Shown piece after piece: positions 13,436 through 25,100 of a DNA stretch of 64,000 nt (position 1 is its first letter; every line of letters begins with the position of its first letter). The notes beneath the pieces are model-generated. The model saw only the letters and a program-made list of their open reading frames with translations. It ran no database searches and was not told the origin of the DNA. The position numbers and the translations under genes were made by a program. This DNA comes from the human T2T-CHM13v2.0 reference genome, Homo sapiens: assembly GCF_009914755.1 (NCBI RefSeq), contig NC_060925.1; one strand, written 5' to 3'.

Positions 13436-14690
13436 AACACATTAAACTTAGCTCATTTACTTTTCATGAATCAACTTGATATGCTAGAGGCCTGGGGTGG
13501 GCAATATGGCCAAGGAAAAGACAACTTGGGGGCCACTGAAATTAATTTTGCATCAATCTCTGATTTTCAACCCCCATCAGCAGCAAGTTTCAAGCTTCAA
13601 AGAAATGGAAGAAATGCAATTGACTTACATTCTTGGCAGATGTCCTACAATAAACAGGGCCTGTGAACAAAACATTCCACTTCCTTCCCTCCCGCTTCAA
13701 CCCCTAAAAGGTATATGTCATTGATGAACAGACTGGTGGAAGAAAAGGAAAAAACTTAGAAACAAAATTAATCAATCAGGAGACTTTTATTGACAGGTGG
13801 ATCTTGAAAAGAGTTATAATGTGAGAAATCATCACTATTGTGAAACTTCCTTTTTGCTATCACTCCTGCAGAAAGGACAGAGAATGAAAACATCAAATTC
13901 AAGTTCTGGTCTCAAATGTACATGCAAACTCTTGAGTTGCATGGAGAACAGATTGATTGTTCCATATGCAAAGCTTTCCACTTGGTGAATATTTAGTGAA
14001 ATTGACTTAATCTTTAGCTTGCCTTGCCTGGTCATTTAGGGTGATTTTAGGTCTTGTCATTAATCCATTCCCCTGTGAATATCTTCAGGGTATGCTGACC
14101 AAATTTAGATGTATGCCTCTGCATACAAAATTAGAAATGATCGTATTTCATTAATACACTAGAAGCATGGAAATGGATAACTTTTCATAATTTTCTAACT
14201 TGAACATTATTTGGATATATCTTATGCATCAAACATTGTAATGACGCTTAACAAGTATCTCATTTAACAATTGTGATCTGATGATTTTGGAAGACTGAGG
14301 TCCAGAAAACATCTAGAAAAATCCTAGAGATAGAAGCTTCCTGAGTCCCTAGAACAGAGAGTTAGGGTTGTGCCACATTTTGCAGGGTTAGTTTTCAGCC
14401 TGGCTGAGATTGGGTGACAGTATTTACTACAGCCTAAAATTCTGAACATACATATGCTTCCCCATAATAGCCATCTGTTATTTTTTAATCAATTGAAAAA
14501 AAACCTTCAATAGGCAATAATTCATGTGAGTGTGGCAAGCAGTTGTGTTTTTCTAAATTTTATATTTGGAGATGACGGGAAATGATCTATGTTCCTGAAC
14601 ATAATGCTCAATTGCTTGATCATTTGTGTTCTGGGAATTTTTTCCTGTATAACTTGTGGTTTACGGTTTGGAAAGAGCAGAATCAAGATT

Positions 14691-14989
14691 TTTTTTTTTT
14701 TTTTTTTTTTGAGACAGAGTCTTACTCTGTCGCCCAGGCTGGAGTGCAGTGACACAATCTCACTGCAACCTTCTGCCTCCTGGGTTCAAGTGATTCTCCT
14801 GTCTCAGGCTCCTGAGTAGCTGAGATTACAGGAGCCCACCACAGCATCCGGTTAATTTGTATATTTTTTGGTAGAGATAGGATTTCACTATGTTGGCCAG
14901 GCTGGTCTTGAAGTCCTGACCTCAGGTGATCCACCTGTCTCAGCCTTCCAAAATGCTGGGATTACAGTCGTGAGAAACTGCACCTGGCC
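14691..14989 (-). mobile_element. AluS immediately downstream of the OR10K2 stop codon, same sense as the gene
   Basis: Full-length antisense Alu with a T tract from about 14689 to 14710. TSD AGAATCAAGATT at 14679-14690 and 14990-15001. Confidence 0.95.
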
Positions 14990-15005
14990 AGAATCAAGAT
15001 TAATT

Positions 15006-15944
15006 TTACAACAGGGAAATTGTTCTTCTCACAATTTTACAAAGAGCTGATTTGAACTCTTTATTTCTCAAGCTATAAATCATTGGGTTGAACAATGGAG
15101 TTATAATAGTGTAGGATACTGATATTAGAGCATCCTGGCTTGAGGAGTAGTTGGACTGAGGCCTTAAGTAGATAAAGGAGGCACAGCCATAGTGGACAGT
15201 GACAATAATGAGGTGAGATACACAGGTAGAAAAAGCTTTGCACCTACCCAGTGTGGAAGGAAACTGAAGTATGGCAGAGAGGATGTGAACATAGGACACC
15301 AAGATCAACAATAAGGGGATAGCCAGGACCAATGTACAGAGCATGAAGATGACAATCTGACTAAAGTGGTTATGGTGAGATGCCAGCTTGAGGACAGGAG
15401 CAATGTCACAGAAGAAGTGATGTAGTTGATTGGAGGAATAAAAAGGCAGGTGAAATACCAAGGATGTGATGATCTGTGCAACAGTGAAGCCACAGGCACA
15501 GGCAGCAGCCACTAGTCCCATACACACCCCATGTCCCATTAGCACTGAGTAGCGCAGTGGGTTACAGATGGCTATGTAACGATCATAACCCATGACTGCC
15601 AGCAGAAAGGAGTGAGAGCAGCCAAGGAAGAGGAAGGAAAACATTTGGATGGCACAGCCCAGGAAAGAAATGGTCTTCTTCTGGGACAGCAGGTCAACCA
15701 GCATCTTGGGTACAATGATGAAGGTGTAGCAAATCTCAGAGCAAGAGAGGATGGCAAGGAAGAAGTACATGGGGATATGAAGGGCCCTGTCCAGGACAAT
15801 GGTGGAAATGATGATTGCATTGGTGCCCAGAGTGAACAGGTAGAGGAGCAGGAAGATAACAAAGAGCAGCTGCTGCAGCCTGGCCAGGGATGAGAAGCCG
15901 AGGAAGATGACCTCTCTCACCACAGTCTCATTGACCCGCTCCAT
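15006..15944 (-). CDS. OR10K2: Olfactory receptor 10K2, 312 aa, intact
   Basis: ATG at 15944 (the ORF track extends to an upstream TTG). N-glycosylation site NET; motifs [53 protein letters not shown]; TAA stop. Confidence 0.95.
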   Translation of the reverse strand: MERVNETVVREVIFLGFSSLARLQQLLFVIFLLLYLFTLGTNAIIISTIVLDRALHIPMYFFLAILSCSEICYTFIIVPKMLVDLLSQKKTISFLGCAIQMFSFLFLGCSHSFLLAVMGYDRYIAICNPLRYSVLMGHGVCMGLVAAACACGFTVAQIITSLVFHLPFYSSNQLHHFFCDIAPVLKLASHHNHFSQIVIFMLCTLVLAIPLLLILVSYVHILSAILQFPSTLGRCKAFSTCVSHLIIVTVHYGCASFIYLRPQSNYSSSQDALISVSYTIITPLFNPMIYSLRNKEFKSALCKIVRRTISLL

Positions 15945-16003
15945 GGAGCATACATCATCAGGAGACAATTAGGGAGAGAAGAGGAGTCAGCACCAAAAGA
16001 AAT

Positions 16004-16030
16004 CCCTGAAAATAAGTAGATTCACAGAAA
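16004..16030 (-). promoter_or_regulatory. Candidate splice acceptor of the OR10K2 coding exon
   Basis: Minus strand ...tctacttattttCAG|ggatt (exon starts 16005). This is the first AG upstream of the ATG. Confidence 0.65.
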
Positions 16031-18449
16031 ATTGATCATCAGCATGCGTTCTCAGATTTTGAATTCTGAACTCATCTTTTCTCCTCCCTCTTGTTTTTCC
16101 AAGACATGATGTTGCTAAAATCAGGCAAGCGTTCATCAAACTTTGAGTCTCCATAGTAGTTCTAACACCATAGCCAAAAAGTTCTTGATACTTTTCAGAT
16201 TCAAACAACCCTTCACCTCCATTCCCATCATGAGGCTGTTGCTCAGATTCTTAGCCTTTCACTCTTAGATTATCTTGCAAAGCTTGTCTTTTTGGCTTTC
16301 TTGTATCTGTATTCTCTCAAAAAAAAAATCTTTCCTACAGTTGCAAAGTAAACCATCTGAATATACCATAGTTGTCTATAACTCAATGGTTCTTAATTGT
16401 CATTCTCGTTACACCTAAACCCCCACTCTTAGTTTTAGTCTCTCCATAACTTAGATTCAAATTCTCTTCAACACTGTTTTCCTTACCTCCTGGCAGGAAT
16501 TGTCAGTTATACTTTTATTATGCTGGCTCTTGTTTCTGTAGCTTTATCCTGGTCCCAAAGTGGAAAAAAATTATCTTCTTCTTTCTATTCATTAATTTCA
16601 AGGTGGAATATGTCTACACTTTCTCTAATACCTATATCAGAGTCTTTCCTCTGGCAGGGAGGACCACAATCTTTCTTCAGGATTCTGTCCATTTTCATCA
16701 CTTCCCTTAAATCCTTCTGAAGTCACATTATGGCTCCTTTCCCATGGCCACTCTTACATCTCTGCAACCCATCTTTCCCGTGATGACAGCCTAATCTTTT
16801 AAAATATAAATTGTATTATATTGCTTCACTCTTCAAAAATTTTACTTATGGCTATAGTATAGAGTTCAAACTCTTCATTGTTTCCAAAAGTCTTTCCTTT
16901 GGGGAAATAAACTATCTTTCTGTGCTCATTTTCAGACCTTAATGGGATGTATCACTATTGCCCAAATATGTTCTGGACTTCCTTGCCTCTATTCCTTGCT
17001 CATATTAGTTTGTTATTCACTTTTATTTACAGATATTTTATGGTTCTTCTGAAGCCTCCATTAAAATCTACCTTTTTGAAAGCTTTCTTGCTACCTTCTG
17101 GTGAAAGGAGTTGTTTCTTCCTCAGAACTCACATAAGACATTGATTGCCAAAATTATGTGATATTTACTTAATTTTGAAATATTCTAATGAATTGTTCTT
17201 ATATCTATTTTCTCTACCAGATTTTGTACCTTTGAGGAAAATATGTGAATTTTATGTATCTTTGCCTGAGTTCTCCTCTGCATCTAGAACCATATTAAGT
17301 ACTTAACACCTTCTCAATAAATAATTGTTATATAAATAAGAGAGTTAACTTGCCACATTATCTATTTTATTCATGGGCAGCACAGACTTCTTAGAACTCA
17401 CAGAGTAAGAGAATTCTCAGTGTTATTTCTTTCTAGGCACAAGAATTGCTCAGTGTCAAGAATGCTAAGAATGTCTGCACCACATAAAACTAAGTCTGGC
17501 CCATTTAAATCTGAAAGAGAAATCTCTGTTTACAATAGAAAACTGGCACTGAAGAGAGCATCTGGTCATCAGAATTCTGTGTACCTAAGGTGATTCCCAA
17601 TTCCTAGTACATTTGCTGCTCTGTAGAGCAAATTAGAATTCAAATAAGTGAGAGAAAAATCATAAAGATAACCTTACAATTATCCCATTAAAAGTATATT
17701 ATTAAAATCACCTTAACTAATATTAATAACAAAATTAATGACAATGCATTTTTATGTTACCTAAGAACCACCAAATCAAGAATATCAGATAGTACACATG
17801 TATTAAGCAGTGTGATTATAACAATGTGTCAGCTACTAGGTCTGCAATGAAGATACACATTTAAATAAGACCCAGTCCCGAGCCTCTAGTTCATGTTTCA
17901 AGGGTGAGACCCATTCAGAAGATATTATTAAAAATGTGGTGATTGAGATGATGGATATGCATTTGAAATTATAGGAGCACTCAGGAGACATATCTTGTAT
18001 ACATCCTTGAAAAATGATATGTATTTTTTATTTATTTCTAGGTTTCTTTATATATGTTATGAAAAGGCTGAACTAAGTATACTTGGAGAAATATCATAAC
18101 ACAGGCACTATTTAGTTTCTAAAACTTTTAATCTAAATATATAAATAGGGCAAGTAAGTACATTTGCTTCTCCTTGCTCCTGGAAGAGTGCAAGGATGTT
18201 TTCTGCTTGCATGTTCTACTTTATATCACTCCCTTCCTCAACCCCATGAAAGGGGCAATCACCCTCCTCCTCCTCTATCTTATTCCTCTGGTTCTTCGCC
18301 CAATATTTTTTTTTTTTTTTGCCTAGGTGGTTGGCATATTTATTACTATCATACTATTAACTTTCAAATTCTATATTCTCTAGTTTTTAGTACTACTAAT
18401 AAATTTCTACATGTAGAATCTGAAATTTTCCTCTCACAAGCACATGTAA

Positions 18450-18680
18450 AGTTGAGTAATGTAGGAATAAAATAGGCTTTACATTTTGACAGATGTAGGC
18501 TTTAATCCTGACTCTGGCAAGTTCTAGTGGTAAAACCTTAATAAATTCTCTAAGGCCTATTTTCTCATTTGTATGATAAGAATAATTCCTGCCTCCTGGG
18601 CTATCATGAGAATTAATTCAGGCAATATATATGAAAGAGATTTGTCCCATAAATAAGGAGTGCTTAGTAAGTACTTCTGT
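18450..18680 (+). mobile_element. MIR
   Basis: gacagatgtaggctttaatcctgactctg...ttctcatttgtatgataagaataat...agtgcttagtaa. Confidence 0.6.
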
Positions 18681-19639
18681 TTTATTACTTTATTGTTGTT
18701 CTATAGGTATTGGTATCAGAAATATTTTCATCAGTGAGGCAATAAGCATTTAACTCATGGGAAGTTATTGAAACTGATTTTTCTGTATTTTCTCAGGAAG
18801 AGAAAATTTAAGAGAAATTATTCTTCCCTTGAGGCTCTCCAAGCCTGACTGAAAGTAACTTGGTTTTCCACGGAGTTCTGTTTTGCTCTTGAAGGGAGGC
18901 CATACATATTTAGGCATCAATCTCAACAATTTATTGAGTTCCTAAAGACTGGGGCAGATTGTCTAACAATTCTCATGTTTTACGATTTCATGATTTCTGT
19001 TACTATCTAAGCACTATAGATATAATTATGAATAAAATCATTGCCCTTTTCTCAGAGAAGAATCAAACACCTATTCATATTATAAAATAGCCTATAAACA
19101 TTATAAAATAAGTATAAACAAAATGTCCTGAAAATCTGGAGGAAAAACCCAATAATTTTAGAGAAGGCTTTGAAGAACAAGTAGTATTTGAATTTCACCT
19201 GTAAGAATTTTAATAAAAGTACTGGCTGAGTCTAAATGCCATTACTTATCTAGATATTTTGATTGAACTAACTAATCTTTTCTTTAATGTTGACTGGCCT
19301 TTCAGAATTAAAATGTAAGTTTACAAAGGCCCATGAAACAAGACACACTAATTATTCTCCCTTTTCTCTTCTTCTGTTTCCTTACAATAAACTTCATGTT
19401 TCATGTTGAGGTCACACACTCAAAAAACTAGCAAACAAGTAGACAAAAACAAAGAAAAAATAAACTCAGTTATGTTTTTTGGGAGCATTATTCCATTGTG
19501 TCTATCAATATTGCTTTTGATGTTTCCAGGAAGAAAAAATAGAACACAATTTTGGTATCAGTTTATTAATCAAAATTTAGAATTATCTTGTAATAATGTA
19601 AGGCAAGTTGACATTTATCACATGCTCTGTTTGTTCTAG

Positions 19640-19800
19640 ATTTGGTGAAAATACTGTTACATATATTCTCTCATTTGGTCCTCACAGCAACCTTATGAAG
19701 TTTTTATTACTTTTAATATCTTTATTATAAAGATAAGAAATTTGAGAATCAGAGTTTGGGGACTCCTCTTAAGTTCACACAGCTGGTGGAACCAACACTA
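19640..19800 (-). mobile_element. MIR (followed by a (GT)n at about 19817-19835)
   Basis: tctcatttggtcctcacagcaaccttatgaag...ataagaaatttgagaatcagag...cacacagctggtgg. Confidence 0.6.
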
Positions 19801-21004
19801 GACTACAGTACAATCTGTGTGTGTGTGTGTGTGTGGTGAGAAAGGGAAAGCAGTATTCAACACTCTCCTTCCAGATAAAGCTATTTCAAGGAAAAGACTT
19901 CTGCTACAATTTTGTTATGGCCTCAGTTTTCAACTTTGCTATGTATTAGCTACAGGACTTTGATGAGTCTGAATCAATTTTCTCATCTTTGTAATGCGGT
20001 TCATTCATTCTGATGTCAGCTAACCTAACTTTTAAGATTTCTTTAAAATGGATGAGACAATGCTTTTGTAACAGTTGAGTGGTTTCACAGACATTATTTA
20101 TGTAAGTTTAACTTGGAATTGAAAAGGGGCAGAGAGCACTGCTAGTTTTGAGAAGAACATACCTTTCACATTGCTTCCTGTACCTTTGTTGGTTTTGGGA
20201 GGGATTTAATAAAATAAAGATCATTTCATTTTTCAGGACTGGGAAAGGTATGTTGCAGTAGTTCTTGTCTCTTACTCAAGAGGTCTCCAGAAAGCCAGAG
20301 TCACAGTTACAGCTGTATATGATCTTAAAGATCTAGCTTAGTAGTTTCATCAGACAGATGAAGAAATTGAGCTTCAGAGAGTGCTATGAAGTTTCTAAGA
20401 CTAGAAAGCAACTGAGTGGATGTGTTAGCAATGGAACAGAGGTCTTTTCTCTTTCAGAAGAATGTGATTTCCACAGTATTATCCTGCCTTCTGAAGATAT
20501 TTGTTTCATCCATAATTACTTTCTCTTTTTTGGCAGCAGTTACTTACGGTGTTCTTTTCCTAAGTCTATGTCCTTGTGCTAGTGTTTTTGCCTGTTTCTG
20601 TTTTTGGGTTCCCAGAGGGCAGGGTTTCTTAGTCTTTATATCTGTCAATTATAACTATTTTCAGAGCATTTATTAAGTTCTCAGCACATATTAGGTATTA
20701 TATCTTTGTGTAGATCCTATCTGATACAGTCCTTTCTACAAAAACGTCATTATTTAAAATTTTTAATTAAAATATTGTTGAGTGCCCTGTCAAATTAAAT
20801 CAGAACCAACAGAGTGCATATAAAAATTTAGAAAGAAAAATGAATCAGTTAATTTAAGAATATATAAAATTTATATGCACAATTTTGCAGAAAAACACTT
20901 TAAAACTTAAATAATCCTGATTAACATTATTTGATGTACTTTTAATTGTGAGTCTCTCTTTCTGTTATTGGTAGTACACTTGCATGGGCTCATCACCCTT
21001 CTTC

Positions 21005-21500
21005 TCTTACCTGAAATGTGAAAACATAAGTCCTGCCAGAGGATAGATGTTTATTTTCATTTCCTGTCCATTGCCCAGTTTCTCAAGGTTGTAGATGCTT
21101 AGTCCAAGCAAGATGGATGTCTGTTATTCATGGAGTGCTTCCATTTTTCTCTGCCTCTCCCTAAGAGAAGCCAGGGACATAGAGGCTACAAGAGACAGAA
21201 TTCAAGTTGACGTGTAGAATGGAAAAAGGTCAAAATGGGTCACAGGCTACTGATATTTACTCAGAGGTAGAGATGTGATGATGGTCTATGGTCTTAGACC
21301 CAGACCAAAGTCAAATGTAACCAGTCTCCTGCCATTTTATGTCAATTGACTAAAGATCACAAGCCACAGCTCACAGTGACCATAAAGCAGTAGGAATTTT
21401 CATTATGTTTGTTGGCAGCAGGTGGTTCTTCTGTGGGTCTCCTGATGCCAAAGCCATTGCCATGGGGACATTGCACTGGGTTTAATTAACTACTGAGTTG
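21005..21500 (-). promoter_or_regulatory. Candidate OR10K2 5' non-coding exon and promoter
   Basis: Strong minus-strand donor CAG|GTAAGA (GT at 21010-21009). Upstream are an O/E-like TGCCATGGGGA (21458-21468) and a homeodomain site TTAATTAA (21482-21489) in unique sequence. Confidence 0.55.
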
Positions 21501-22102
21501 ATTGTGGAAAATAGAGGCAAGTCACTAAATGCCCAATTGCTCAAAACGGGGCCCAGACATTAGGGCTTAGGGAGCAGAAGGCTCTAAGCCATCCTCAGAT
21601 GCAGCAATTTTAGAAAATGTGACTAATTTTAAGCTTATTTCTCATTTTGTTATGTTATTGAAGAGACAAAAGAGAATTTTTATGCAGACATTTTATAATA
21701 GATGCATTGTAAAACATGTTGGTTTAACTGAAAATCTGATTTTGTACTCATAATTGAAAGATAGTTCTTTGTTAGGCTGAGAAGGTAAACTGGGCAATGG
21801 CTTTTTAGAGTGAAGACTGTGCTCAGAATAAGCTGGAGGAGATTCAGTTCACCGTCTTAACCCCGAGTTGATTTTTTCTACCTTTCTACTCCATCATCCA
21901 TAAATGAATATAGTGTGCTGTTATATGTATGAGACACTAAATAAACTTATGCTGAATATTGAGTGAATAAATGGTCGTATTCAACAATACCCCAACTACA
22001 TAAATATCTCAGCTAAATAAAAATACCATCATTCATTTTCTGAATTCCAATATTTCTGATTTCCACTTTCCTCATGGTTCAACTGGCAATTAATATAATT
22101 TC

Positions 22103-25100
22103 TTTTTTATTATACTTTGAGTTCCGGGATACATGTGCAGAACGTGCAGGTTTGATATATAGGTATATGTGTGCCATGGTGGTTTGCTTTACCCATCAAC
22201 CCATCATCTACATTAGGTATTTCTTATAATGCTATCCCTCCCCTAGCCCCCAACCCCTGACAGGACCCAATGTGTGATGTTCCATTCCCTGTGTCCATGT
22301 GTTCTCATCGTTCAACTCCCACTTACGAGTGAGAACATGCAGCGTTTGGTTTTCTGTTCCTGTGTTGGTTTACTGAGAATGGTGGTTCCCAGTTTCATCC
22401 ATGTCCCTACAAAGGACATAAACACATCTTTTTTATGGCTGCATAGTATTCCATGGTGTATATATGCCACATTTTCTTTATCCAGTCTATCATTGATTAG
22501 CATTTGGGTTGGTTCCAAGTCTTTTCTATTGTGAATAGTGCTGCAATAAACATACATGTGCATGTGTCTTTATAGTAGAATGATTCGTAATCCTTTGGAC
22601 ATATACCCAGCAATGGGATTGCTGGGTTAAACGGTATTTCTGGTTCTAGATCTTTGAGGAATTGCCACACAGTCTTCCACAATGGTTGAACTAATTTACA
22701 TTCCCACCAGCAATGTAAAAGTGTTCCTATTTCTCCACATCATCTCCAGCATATGTTGTTCCCTGACTTTTTAATGATCACCATTCTAACTGGCATGAGA
22801 TGGTATCTCATTGTGGTTTTGATTTGCATTTCTCTAATGACCAGTGATGATGGGCTTTTTTTCATATGTTTGTTGGCCGTATAAATGCCTTCATTTAAGA
22901 AGTGTCTGTTTATAAACTTTGGCCACTTTTTGATGGGATTGTTTGTTTTTTTCTTGTAAATCTATTTAAGTTCTTTGCAGATTCTGGATATTAGCCCTTT
23001 GTCAGATGGATAGATTGCAAAAATTTTCTCCCATTCTGTAGGTTGCCTGTTCACTCTGATGATAGTTTCATTTGCTGTGCAGAAGCTCTTTAGTTTAATT
23101 AGATCCCATTTGTCAATTTTGGCTCTTGTTTCCATTGCATTTGGTGTTTTAGTCATGAAGTCTTTGCATGTGCCTGTGTCCTGAATGGTATTGCCTAGGT
23201 TTTCTTCTAGGTTTTAATGGTTTTAGGTCTTACATTTAAGTCTTTAATCCACCTTGAGTTAATTTTTGTATAAGGTGTAAGGAAGGGGTCCAGTTTCAGT
23301 TTTCTGCATATGGCTGGCCAGTTTTCCCAGTGCCATTTATTAAATAGGGAATCTTTCCCCATTGCTTGTTCTTGTCAGTTTTGTTAAAGATCAGATGGTT
23401 GTAGGTAGGTGGCGTTATTTCTGAGGCCACTGTTCTGTTCCATTGGTCTATATATCTGTTTTGGTACCAGTACCATGCTGTTTTGGTTACTGTAGCCTTG
23501 TAATATAGTTTGAAGTCAGATAGTGTGATTCCTCTAGCTTTGTTCTTTTTGCTTAGGATTGTCTTGGCTATATGGGCTCTTTTTCAGTTCCATATGAAAG
23601 ATCAAGTAGTTTTTTCTAATTCTGTGAAGAAAGTCACTGGTAGCTTGATGGGGATAGCATTGAATCTATAAATTACTTTGGGCAGTATGGCCATATTCAC
23701 CATATTGATTCTTCCTATTCATGAACATGGAATACTTTTTCATTTGTTTGTGTCCTCTCTTATTTCCTTGAGCAGTGGTTTGTAGTTCTCCTTGAAGAGG
23801 TCCTTCACATCCCTTGTAAGTTGTATTCCTAGATATTTTATTCTCTTTGCAGCAATTGTGAATGGGAGCTTATTTATGATTTGACTCTCTGTTTGTCTAT
23901 TATTGGTGTATAGAAATGCTTGTGATTTTTGCACACTGATTTTGTATCCTGAGACTGCTGAAGTTTCCCATCAGTTTAAGGAGATTTTGGGCTGAGACAA
24001 TTGGGTTTTCTAAATATACAATCATGTCACCTGTAAACAGAGACATTCCCTCTCTTCCTATTTGAATATCCTTTATTTCTTTCTCTTGCCTGATTGCCCT
24101 GGCCAGAACTTCCAATACTATGTTGAATAGCAGTGGTGAGAGAGGGCATCCTTGTCTTGTGCCAGTTTTCAAAGGGAATGCTTCCAGTTTTGCCTATTCA
24201 GTATGATATTGTCTGTGGGTTTGTCATAAATAGCTCTTATTATTTTGAGATACGTTCCATCAATACCTAGTTTATTGAGAGTTTTTAGCATGAAGTGGTG
24301 TTGAATTTTATCAAAGGCCTTTTCTGCATCTATTGAGATAATCATATGGTTTTTGTCATTGGTTCTGTTTATGTGATGAATTACATTTATTGATTTGCAT
24401 ATGTTGAACTAGCCTTTTATACCAGGGATGAAGCTGACTTGACTGTGGTGGATAAGCTTTTCGATGCGTTGCTGGATTTTGTTTTCCAATATTTTATTGA
24501 GGATTTTTGCATCGATGTTCATCAGGGATATTGGTCTGAAATTTTCTTTTTTTGTTGTGTCTCTGCCAGGTTTTGGTATCAGAATGATGCTGGCCTCATA
24601 AAATGAGTTAGGGAGAGTCCCTCTTTTTTTCTGTTGTTTGGAATAGTGTCAGAAGGAACGGTACTAGCTCCTCTTTGTACCTCTGGTAGAATTTTGCTAT
24701 GAGTCTGTCTGGTCCTGGGCTTTTTTTGGTTGGTGGGCTATTAATGACTGCCTCAATTTCAGAACTTGTTATTGGTCTATTCAGGGATTCAACTTCTTCC
24801 TGGTTTAGTCTTGGGAGGGTGTATGTTTCCAGGAATTTATCCATTTTTTTCTAGATTTTCTATTTTATTTGCATAGAAGTGTTTATAGTATTCTCTGATG
24901 GTAGTTTGAATTTCTGTGGGATTAGTGGTGATACTCCCTTCATCATTTTTATTGCATCTATTTGATTCTTCTCTCTTTTCTTCTTTATTAGTTTTGCTAG
25001 TGGTCTATCAATTTTGTTGATCTTTTCAAAAATCCACTTCCTTGATTCATTGAAGTTTTGAAGGATTTTTCATGTATCTATCTCCTTCAGTTCTGCTCTG

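Noticed and set aside
15572-15893. Alternative-frame and antisense ORFs 'conserved' between OR10K2 and OR10K1 (e.g. 15612-15893 vs 60691-60972)
   Set aside because: A by-product of nucleotide identity in the converted tract; no independent coding evidence.
15945-15968. N-terminal extensions of OR10K2 (MSPDDVCS) and OR10K1 (MLS) in the ORF track
   Set aside because: They start at TTG/GTG. The ATGs at 15944 and 60640 give the standard OR N-terminus with the glycosylation site at N5.
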